Virus record (IMG/VR): IMGVR_UViG_3300050166_000025 | Span: 87,112 to 151,111 of that record | From: a virus | Length of the DNA: 64,000 nucleotides | Direction: 5' to 3' (one strand) | Shown here: piece after piece, positions 50,133 to 58,036 of the stretch | How positions within the stretch are numbered: position 1 is the first letter of the stretch | Layout: each line of letters opens with the position of its first letter | The notes under the pieces: model-generated | What the model saw: only the letters and a program-made list of their open reading frames with translations | Told to the model about the DNA's origin: nothing | Database searches by the model: none | Position numbers and translations under genes: made by a program

Positions 50133-51359
50133 TTATGCACTAGGAATATCTAGGTTCGCCGCATCATATTCAAAATCTATGTCGTCGGATGGATCTAGCT
50201 CATATCCAGCGATTCCACCGTTCCAGAATAGCTCATCTCCAGCCGCGATATTCTTGATGCCTTTAGCGGTTAAGCCACCATCATTAGAGAAATAACAGTC
50301 CTTTGTTCTAGCACCGTTACCCAGGTTTACCTCAATTCCGTTGATCTTCACGTGAACCATTGAATCTAAGAATGGAGTGTATTCTATTGTTACTCCCGTA
50401 GGCGAGTAATTACCATTAGTATCGCCAACTGTAGTTTGATCTAAATCAGCTAGCGTATCTACTGGAAGAACTTCAATCTGGATATTTGAGCTCGGGTGAT
50501 TGCTTAACAATAAGGCAGTATCTTCTGTCATTTTAATATACACTGGAAAAGCGTTTGTTGTAGGCTTATCAGTTGATAAGCTGCTTGTTCCGTTAGGATC
50601 AAAATATAACAGGTCTCCAGTTACGCCTGGCATCGTTGGCAGGTTGCTTGTAATCTTACCGAAAGGTCTCAATGAAATTTTAGATGGATCTACTGAATCA
50701 ATATGAGTAATGATACCGAAAGCTTTGAAAATGTCCTGATCTTTATTGTCGTTGTCTATCTTAATAAACTTTCCGTTTGAGCCCATGAAAACAAAATCAC
50801 CAACTACACAGCTTGACCACGATAATATCTCTTGATCGAGATCTAAATAGCTGCCTAAGAAGTTTTTGTATCTGAATCTACCTTCGACATCTTGAACCCA
50901 GTACGAACTGATAGAGAATGAGCCCGAGGTTACCGTTAAACCAGTAATGATCGGCATGCCGTCAAAACCCAATTCAAAGATGCCACCATACTGATCTTCA
51001 TCTGGATAGTTATTTCCCTGTTGAGTATTATCGAAACTTAAGTTGTATAGATCCTCGTCCTCGAGCACAACTGATAAATGGTTCTGATCATGAACCTGAA
51101 CAATTTCTCTAATCTTATATGTTTTACCAGAAGGCTGGGCGATCCAGTCATTTGATTTAACGTCGTATGCGTCATACATCATCGGCGTCTTTGTAGCCGG
51201 ATTCGAGTGGTATTGTATATCTAATTCAAGTTCAACTGTAAAGGATAATGGATACCCATCATATTGACTATTCACGCCGGCATAATTATCGAGAACTGTT
51301 GTCGAGCCCGAGATAACTTTAGTTACTAAAAATTTTGCAGGATTAGATATATTTGGCAT
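50133..51359 (-). CDS. putative virion protein
   Basis: 408 aa; C-terminal domain paralogous to 41176-41934. Confidence 0.6.
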   Translation of the reverse strand: MPNISNPAKFLVTKVISGSTTVLDNYAGVNSQYDGYPLSFTVELELDIQYHSNPATKTPMMYDAYDVKSNDWIAQPSGKTYKIREIVQVHDQNHLSVVLEDEDLYNLSFDNTQQGNNYPDEDQYGGIFELGFDGMPIITGLTVTSGSFSISSYWVQDVEGRFRYKNFLGSYLDLDQEILSWSSCVVGDFVFMGSNGKFIKIDNDNKDQDIFKAFGIITHIDSVDPSKISLRPFGKITSNLPTMPGVTGDLLYFDPNGTSSLSTDKPTTNAFPVYIKMTEDTALLLSNHPSSNIQIEVLPVDTLADLDQTTVGDTNGNYSPTGVTIEYTPFLDSMVHVKINGIEVNLGNGARTKDCYFSNDGGLTAKGIKNIAAGDELFWNGGIAGYELDPSDDIDFEYDAANLDIPSA

Positions 51360-51390
51360 ATTAGTATTCTTATATTATATTATTATGGTA

Positions 51391-54300
51391 TTACGATTCA
51401 ACTTGGAATGTAATTACAACTTCGGCTGTTCCAGATGTTGGAGCACCTGTATTAGCACCAGTGATAGCGTTAAAAGTTACTTGTGTAAATCCAGCGGAAG
51501 GTTGTAAGCATGAGAATGTTGAAGCTGTTTTACCAATGAATGCAGTTGTAAAAATGTTAGCCGCATTGATTGCGTGACAAGCAGGATTTAAGACTCTTTT
51601 TCCAAGCGGATGCTGTATTGACAAGTTATTAACTGAAAGTGAATTGCTCCAGCCTGAGATCCATGAAGTTCCATCGTGTAAGATTTGACCTCCTGGACCA
51701 GTTGCACCTAAGATAGGAGCAGCTCCATTTACACCACCACCTGTCATCGCAACTCTAATTGAGTAATTAACTAAGGCTCCAGATCCAGTGATACTCGCGC
51801 TACCAGCAGGGCCGGCAGGACCTTGAGGACCCATAGGACCAGTATTACCCTGTGGACCAGTGATTGAAACACCATTGATACCGCTTGAACCAGAGCTACC
51901 TGAAGTTCCGCTTACACCAGAACTACCTGAAGTTCCTGATGAACCACTTACGCCTGAGGTTCCGCTTGTTCCACTGATACCTGAAGTTCCATTTTGTCCA
52001 TTAGCTCCTGAAGTTCCAGAAGTTCCATTTTGACCATTAGCTCCTGAAGTTCCAGAAGTTCCATTAATACCCGAGGTTCCGTTTACACCTGAAGTTCCAT
52101 TAACTCCCGAGGTTCCGTTTACACCTGAAGTTCCATTCTGACCGTTGACACCTGATGTTCCATTTATGCCAGAAGTTCCGCTTAAGCCAGAGCTACCAGA
52201 GGTTCCATTGATACCCGAAGTTCCACTTGCGCCAGAACTACCTGAAGTTCCATTAACGCCAGAGGTTCCGTTTACACCAGAAGTTCCATTTACACCAGAA
52301 GTTCCGCTTTGTCCGTTAGCTCCAGAGGTTCCGCTTGAACCGCTTGTACCCGTAGTACCTGAAGAACCATTAGTTCCACTTACACCAGAGCTACCAGAAG
52401 TTCCATTTTGTCCGTTAAGACCAGAGCTACCAGAAGTTCCGTTTTGTCCGTTAAGACCAGAGCTACCAGAAGTTCCGTTTTGCCCGTTAACACCGGATGT
52501 TCCGTTTTGACCATTTACACCAGATGTTCCATCTTGTCCGCTAAGACCAGAAGTTCCAGAAGAACCATTAGTTCCGCTTACACCTGAAGTTCCATTTTGT
52601 CCGTTGACACCAGAAGTTCCGCTTACGCCTGAAGTTCCATTTATGCCAGAGGTTCCGTTTTGTCCATCAAGACCTGAAGTTCCAGATTGACCATCTAACC
52701 CCGACGTTCCGTTTTGTCCATTTACACCAGAAGTTCCGTTTTGTCCATTTACACCAGAAGTTCCGTTTTGTCCGTTAGCTCCAGAAGTACCAGTTAAACC
52801 GCTTGTGCCTGAAACACCAGAAGTACCGTCTGTTCCGCTTACACCAGAGCTACCAGAAGTTCCGTTTATTCCACTTGAACCCGAAGTTCCATTTTGACCG
52901 TTAATGCCAGATGTTCCGTTCTGACCATCAAGACCAGAAGTTCCATTTTGTCCATTGACACCAGAAGTTCCAGATTGACCATCTAAACCAGATGTTCCAT
53001 TTTGTCCATCGATACCTGAAGTACCACTTACACCAGAAGAACCGTTAGTTCCACTTATTCCACTTGAACCAGAAGTTCCATCTTGACCATTAAGACCAGA
53101 TGTTCCGTTCTGTCCATCAATGCCTGAAGTTCCAGATTGACCATCAATACCGGAAGTTCCGTTAACACCAGATGTTCCATCTTGTCCATTAACTCCAGAA
53201 GTTCCATCGACACCAGAAGTACCAGTTAAACCGCTTGTTCCGCTTACGCCAGAAGAACCGTTAGTTCCACTTACGCCAGAAGAACCAGAAGTTCCATTTT
53301 GTCCATCAATGCCTGAAGTTCCATTTTGTCCATCAAGACCAGAAGTTCCGTTAACACCTGAGGTTCCATCAACGCCAGAAGTTCCAGATTGGCCGTCTAT
53401 ACCAGAAGTACCAGTTAAACCGCTTGTGCCTGAAACACCAGAAGTACCGTCTGTTCCGCTTACACCAGAAGTTCCAGAGGTTCCATCTTGTCCATCAAGA
53501 CCACTGGTTCCATTAATGCCCGAAGTACCATCGATACCAGAAGTTCCAGATTGACCGTCGATACCAGAAGTTCCGCTAACTCCGTCAATACCAGAGGTTC
53601 CATGCTGTCCATTAAGACCAGAGGTTCCATTGATACCGGAAGTTCCGTTAACACCTGAGGTTCCATTGACACCCGAAGTTCCATTAACTCCAGAGGTTCC
53701 AGCCGTACCTGAAGTACCGCTTACGCCGGAAGAGCTGTTGTTTCCATTTCCAGCGCCGTAAGCATCTAAGTTATATGCAATAACTTGTCCTACTTTCCAG
53801 TTGGGGAATGTAATTACCGGAGACTCGGAATGATCTTCGTGTAAAACATCAACTATTAAACCATCGGTGTCATTATCGTTTCCGTTACCGAATGCGATGT
53901 CCTGTCTTGACCAACCAATGATCTTGTATATTGCATAATGATTAGGCTGATTTACGTTAACAACAGTAATGATACCGCTAGCCTGATCATTTGTAATTCT
54001 ATTGATTAAGAAGTTTTCTAACTGAGTGTTTCTCGCGTTATTAACGTCTATATTTCTAAATCTAATTTGAGTAACGTTCGTTGCTAACTCAGAGTTAAAC
54101 GTTGCTGCTCCTGCCTTTGAAGGTGTAGCTCCAGCAATATCTTCAACCTGAAATCTATTAATTGGAAAAGATCCAGTTCCAAGCGGATACTGTGCAGTGC
54201 TACCAGAACCAGAAGTTCCAGAAGTTCCACCTGATGCAGCTAAGATACTTCCAATTTTTAATTTAGGAAGAATGTATGTTCTTGGAGTTGGATAGTAATC

Positions 54301-54642
54301 GTTGAAAGTAAGAGTTACTTCAGCAAATAGATCTCCAGTAAAAATATTAGAGCTCTGCTCAGAAGTTAAAGTAAAGAATACGTATCCTGGTTGTGAATTT
54401 GCAGCGGTTCCTAATTGTAAAGCTGAAGTTGAACCAAAGATTTGTGGATATGCATATTGATAGACTTTTCTACCTAATGAATCGTATAAAGCAACTGTAA
54501 CCGAATCAGCTGTTGTTAAGTCCCATTGATTATTTAAGTAATCTTTGAAAATTATTAAAGTAATATCTTGAGTCGTTCCCTGTGTGACAGTGTTCAATGA
54601 ATCAATATAAGCTATTACGTTGTCCTGTGATACGTATGGCAT
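51391..54642 (-). CDS. very long Gly-X-Y fibre protein with BppU-like N-terminal attachment domain
   Basis: about 200 triplets (GTS, GQN, GVN, GID); N-terminal 'WDLT.A.SVTVAL...G.V.F.LT...L.AEV'. Confidence 0.75.
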   Translation of the reverse strand: MPYVSQDNVIAYIDSLNTVTQGTTQDITLIIFKDYLNNQWDLTTADSVTVALYDSLGRKVYQYAYPQIFGSTSALQLGTAANSQPGYVFFTLTSEQSSNIFTGDLFAEVTLTFNDYYPTPRTYILPKLKIGSILAASGGTSGTSGSGSTAQYPLGTGSFPINRFQVEDIAGATPSKAGAATFNSELATNVTQIRFRNIDVNNARNTQLENFLINRITNDQASGIITVVNVNQPNHYAIYKIIGWSRQDIAFGNGNDNDTDGLIVDVLHEDHSESPVITFPNWKVGQVIAYNLDAYGAGNGNNSSSGVSGTSGTAGTSGVNGTSGVNGTSGVNGTSGINGTSGLNGQHGTSGIDGVSGTSGIDGQSGTSGIDGTSGINGTSGLDGQDGTSGTSGVSGTDGTSGVSGTSGLTGTSGIDGQSGTSGVDGTSGVNGTSGLDGQNGTSGIDGQNGTSGSSGVSGTNGSSGVSGTSGLTGTSGVDGTSGVNGQDGTSGVNGTSGIDGQSGTSGIDGQNGTSGLNGQDGTSGSSGISGTNGSSGVSGTSGIDGQNGTSGLDGQSGTSGVNGQNGTSGLDGQNGTSGINGQNGTSGSSGINGTSGSSGVSGTDGTSGVSGTSGLTGTSGANGQNGTSGVNGQNGTSGVNGQNGTSGLDGQSGTSGLDGQNGTSGINGTSGVSGTSGVNGQNGTSGVSGTNGSSGTSGLSGQDGTSGVNGQNGTSGVNGQNGTSGSSGLNGQNGTSGSSGLNGQNGTSGSSGVSGTNGSSGTTGTSGSSGTSGANGQSGTSGVNGTSGVNGTSGVNGTSGSSGASGTSGINGTSGSSGLSGTSGINGTSGVNGQNGTSGVNGTSGVNGTSGVNGTSGINGTSGTSGANGQNGTSGTSGANGQNGTSGISGTSGTSGVSGSSGTSGSSGVSGTSGSSGSSGINGVSITGPQGNTGPMGPQGPAGPAGSASITGSGALVNYSIRVAMTGGGVNGAAPILGATGPGGQILHDGTSWISGWSNSLSVNNLSIQHPLGKRVLNPACHAINAANIFTTAFIGKTASTFSCLQPSAGFTQVTFNAITGANTGAPTSGTAEVVITFQVES

Positions 54643-54693
54643 TTTATAATTTCTTTTTTTGTTTAGGTATATATCGAACTTTCTGGCTTGGGG

Positions 54694-55380
54694 TTATCCG
54701 TGCTTAAGTTTATGAAATAGAGAAAATTTAGCGATTGGAAATGCACACTCATCAAGCGGCATTGCACTTTCAAAATCGCATCTAATAACAGCCTTATCCG
54801 GTTCTGCGATTCCTATCTGAGTTACATAGTCAGTTAGATTCTTCATATTGAAATCCAAAGTTTCTACGTAAGTTAATTGAAACTTCTTCCAGTTATCGTT
54901 CATTGAAGAAGGCTTATTGAAGCTGTAAATTATTAAGTTGTTATTGTAATCTATTATTATGAAATAGCCTGAGTCAAACACTAATTTCTTTTCAGGAATA
55001 TATGTTAAGTGAATCTTTTTCTCGTGATCTCTCCATCTTTCTCTTAATGTCTTATATAACTTTTCAAATAGATACACTGCGTCACTTGCAATTTTAACCA
55101 TGTCCTCCATTTCTCCAGAGTTCTCTGGATACTCATACTCTAACTGCATGTTATCTATATCAATTCCAACAAGAACTTTCATCTTGTCATCCAATAAGTC
55201 TTTTTGATGTTGAAATCTGTAAAGATTTTCTAAGTGAATCTCTATCTCTTCCAGAACTGGAGCTAAGATATTTTGCTTTATTAGAGATTCATACTTGTTT
55301 ATGGCTGCTAAAAGCTTATAACGCTTGAACTCATAATCGTGAGGTTCAGAATCAAGCCAATTTTTGTTTAGAATATCCAT
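54694..55380 (-). CDS. conserved hypothetical protein
   Basis: 228 aa; W...P.DYEFKRYKLLA motif. Confidence 0.65.
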   Translation of the reverse strand: MDILNKNWLDSEPHDYEFKRYKLLAAINKYESLIKQNILAPVLEEIEIHLENLYRFQHQKDLLDDKMKVLVGIDIDNMQLEYEYPENSGEMEDMVKIASDAVYLFEKLYKTLRERWRDHEKKIHLTYIPEKKLVFDSGYFIIIDYNNNLIIYSFNKPSSMNDNWKKFQLTYVETLDFNMKNLTDYVTQIGIAEPDKAVIRCDFESAMPLDECAFPIAKFSLFHKLKHG

Positions 55381-55514
55381 GGTGTATTTATCTACACCCG
55401 CGATAAATTATGTTAAATTTAGCCTTTTAATAAATCTTTCGGGATAATACGATACTCTTTTAATAAGAAAACATCTTACTACTTTGATACTTGAATACAA
55501 TAATATTAAAATAC

Positions 55515-55539
55515 AAAAGCCCAGATTAATCTGGGCTTT
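55515..55539. terminator. possible terminator hairpin
   Basis: AAAGCCCAGA-ttaa-TCTGGGCTTT. Confidence 0.7.
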
Positions 55540-55542
55540 CAT

Positions 55543-55857
55543 TTACTTCTTTGCTAATTTCTTTCCTGTCTTAAATAAGTTCAGGTCTTTTCCTCTATAT
55601 TCTGCATCATCACATGATAATCCCCATTGTAGAATAAACCAGCTCACCTCGTTCTCTGCCATCTTTGAGTTTAGACCTAACACCTTCATAACTCTTTTCT
55701 TTGCGTACTCTGCAAATTCTCTCTCCTTTTCGTAAGTTGTCTTATATTGCATATACCAGTTAGGTACATCTATGACATCTTCGAAGGTTTTGCCGAACGG
55801 TTCTAACTGTTTATTGATAAGTTCAACGAACAATTCTTTCTGCTTTTCTCTTCTCAT
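55543..55857 (-). CDS. hypothetical protein
   Basis: 104 aa ORF at end of clpP operon. Confidence 0.7.
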   Translation of the reverse strand: MRREKQKELFVELINKQLEPFGKTFEDVIDVPNWYMQYKTTYEKEREFAEYAKKRVMKVLGLNSKMAENEVSWFILQWGLSCDDAEYRGKDLNLFKTGKKLAKK

Positions 55858-55858
55858 T

Positions 55859-56089
55859 TTAATTCTGAATTAATTGAATTTTCTTAAGTACATCACTATC
55901 AGTAAGCTTTATAAAATCTTCAGACGATAAGCTAACTTCGATTATATTATCTTGTAATTTATATGCTTTTGGTGATGTGTAATATTGAACTACAGTATCT
56001 TCACTCGGGTAAAGATTTGCATGCAATTCATTTATTAATTTATTTAATTGCATTAAATCTTCAGTATCAATATAAATGTGAACTCTCAT
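55859..56089 (-). CDS. hypothetical protein, possible paralogue of 31795-32031
   Basis: 76 aa; 1-nt overlap with clpP. Confidence 0.65.
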   Translation of the reverse strand: MRVHIYIDTEDLMQLNKLINELHANLYPSEDTVVQYYTSPKAYKLQDNIIEVSLSSEDFIKLTDSDVLKKIQLIQN

Positions 56090-56790
56090 TATTTTTTAGA
56101 TTTAGTAGGTTTAGACTTAGCTCCAACGATTGAGTCAATGATACCATATTTCTTTGCTGCTTCAGCATCTAACCAAAAATCACGAGTTGCATCTTGCATT
56201 ACTTGATCGGCTGATTTGCCGCAGTATTCTCCTAACAACTTAAATAATATCTTATTAACTTTTTGCCATTCTGCCCAGTCAATTTGAGCGTCTTGGATGT
56301 TTCCACTAAATCCACCAGATGATTGATGTAACATGGTAGTGCTGAAACGGAGTGAGTGTCTTTTCCCTTTAGTTCCTGCGCCAAGAAGCACAGAACCCAT
56401 TGAAGCGGCCATACCGGTGTTGACTGTGATGATGTCAGAATTGATGTAATCCATAACATCGACCATTGAAAGTCCTGACTTTACACTTCCACCCGGAGAG
56501 TCAATATGCATTTTAATGTCGTCTTGATTAATAGAGTCAAGATACATTAACTGAGCCTGTACTACAGTTGACATGTTATCGTTTACTGGACCTGCAACCC
56601 ATAGTAATCTGTCTGCCATTAATCTTGAGAAAATGTCCATCTGAACAGCTCTCATTTCACGCTCTTCTAAAATATATGGTGTTAAAGAAGAATGAACCTG
56701 CTTATTATAATAATCTAAACCCGTAGAAGGCAACCCAAATTCTGATTGAGCAAAGCGCTGAAACTCGGTTTCTTTTGGAAAGTAATTCAT
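56089..56790 (-). CDS. clpP: ATP-dependent Clp protease proteolytic subunit
   Basis: DIFSRL, IDSPGGSV, GMAASMG (Ser), MLHQ (His), RDFWL (Asp); catalytic triad intact. Confidence 0.96.
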   Translation of the reverse strand: MNYFPKETEFQRFAQSEFGLPSTGLDYYNKQVHSSLTPYILEEREMRAVQMDIFSRLMADRLLWVAGPVNDNMSTVVQAQLMYLDSINQDDIKMHIDSPGGSVKSGLSMVDVMDYINSDIITVNTGMAASMGSVLLGAGTKGKRHSLRFSTTMLHQSSGGFSGNIQDAQIDWAEWQKVNKILFKLLGEYCGKSADQVMQDATRDFWLDAEAAKKYGIIDSIVGAKSKPTKSKK

Positions 56791-57107
56791 ATTGTTTCTT
56801 TTAGTTGTTTAATTAATTCGCACGTTTCATATTCTTCAATTTTTGCAAAATATTCAAGTGCTTTGTCTAGTGATTTGAGCCAACCTTCTTTTTCAAGAAC
56901 GAATGTGCTACGATGTAATTTATTGTTAGTGTCTTGGATAATATAACAAAGTATTGATTCTGTTTCAACACCTTCTATTCTATTCATTACATATTGCACG
57001 ATTCTTCTAAAAAATAAATCGGGCTCGTCCATGTATTTGGTGATGTCGTTTCCATCTACATCGGGTTTAATAGTGAACGTTGGAATTAGGCTCATTCTTG
57101 GTATCAT
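56787..57107 (-). CDS. small protein with C-terminal UVR-like motif (paralogue 4)
   Basis: KALEYFAKIEEYETCELIKQLKETI; ATGA overlap with clpP. Confidence 0.7.
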   Translation of the reverse strand: MIPRMSLIPTFTIKPDVDGNDITKYMDEPDLFFRRIVQYVMNRIEGVETESILCYIIQDTNNKLHRSTFVLEKEGWLKSLDKALEYFAKIEEYETCELIKQLKETI

Positions 57108-57982
57108 ACTAATTCAGCAAAGGTTCTGATATTAAGATAATCCGATAATAACTTTTCGTATTCTGTCTGCTTTGCTCCAGCTTCTACTAATTCATTTACT
57201 CTATCAATATATTGTGAACCTGCTAAACTTAACGTAGGTAATAACTTATTATCTTTTTCGATATAGAAGAAGAATGGTTTTAATAGATGCATCTTGTACT
57301 GTGTCGAGTCTTGACCATTTTGCTTGATGCTATCTGCTAAAACAAAGTGATGCTCGTAGAAGTGAATATTGTCTGCGAAGTGAGTGTATGTTCCTAACTT
57401 AAGTGCAGGATACGTATCTTTTAGCCACAAGTACATGTGTTGATGAACGAATGCAAAGAAAGGAGCGTCGAAGGTTAAACCGTAAAAGATGTCGTTTGAC
57501 CGCATCTGAACCTTCATGTTCAATTTGTTATCTCTAACAAAAAAGTTAAGATACATTGTGCACACAAAATCTTTATTGCCTTCAAACTGAAACTTTGGTT
57601 GATTAAGAAAAGCAATAGCTTGTCGAGTATTAATGTCTTGCTTTAGAGAAGTTAAGCACCATGCTAACTGATCGCCGAATAAGAGACTACCATAGTTTGA
57701 ATTGATTTCGTTAGTTCCTGGATTTGTAATGTTTTTCCAGAATCCAGAAAACTTATTAATATAATCTATGTCGTTGTCTCTATTAAGATACCACGCTAAC
57801 TCGCCTGCAAAATATTTATGGTTGAACTTACGATCTTTGAAATTTGCGAATGGTCGAGTTGGATCAACTTGAATTTGACCATAGATTAATTCCTTAACCC
57901 TTAAGTCTCTTGGTTGAGAGATAGAACCTTTCGATTCTATCTCTTTAATTATATTTATGAACGATTCAGAAAAGTTATTCAT
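57104..57982 (-). CDS. thymidylate-synthase-fold enzyme, T4 gp42-like dCMP hydroxymethylase/methylase
   Basis: EINSNYG, KDFVCT, MRSNDIFYGLTFD (Asp at the ThyA Asn177 position), HFYE.HF. Confidence 0.75.
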   Translation of the reverse strand: MNNFSESFINIIKEIESKGSISQPRDLRVKELIYGQIQVDPTRPFANFKDRKFNHKYFAGELAWYLNRDNDIDYINKFSGFWKNITNPGTNEINSNYGSLLFGDQLAWCLTSLKQDINTRQAIAFLNQPKFQFEGNKDFVCTMYLNFFVRDNKLNMKVQMRSNDIFYGLTFDAPFFAFVHQHMYLWLKDTYPALKLGTYTHFADNIHFYEHHFVLADSIKQNGQDSTQYKMHLLKPFFFYIEKDNKLLPTLSLAGSQYIDRVNELVEAGAKQTEYEKLLSDYLNIRTFAELV

Positions 57983-58036
57983 GTATTATGTTATTACGAG
58001 AATATTAAATTATTTTACTACTTTAATATTATACTC

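Noticed and set aside
33786-53684. Long plus-strand PEVPDEP ORFs and alternative-frame LQVHQE / MNRLNLK ORFs
   Set aside because: Shadow frames of the GTS/GSS codon repeats, which lack stops; the real frame carries recognisable terminal domains
33020-54642. Ice-nucleation protein call
   Set aside because: Repeats are 3-periodic Gly-X-Y, not the 16-residue AGYGSTxTA InaZ repeat
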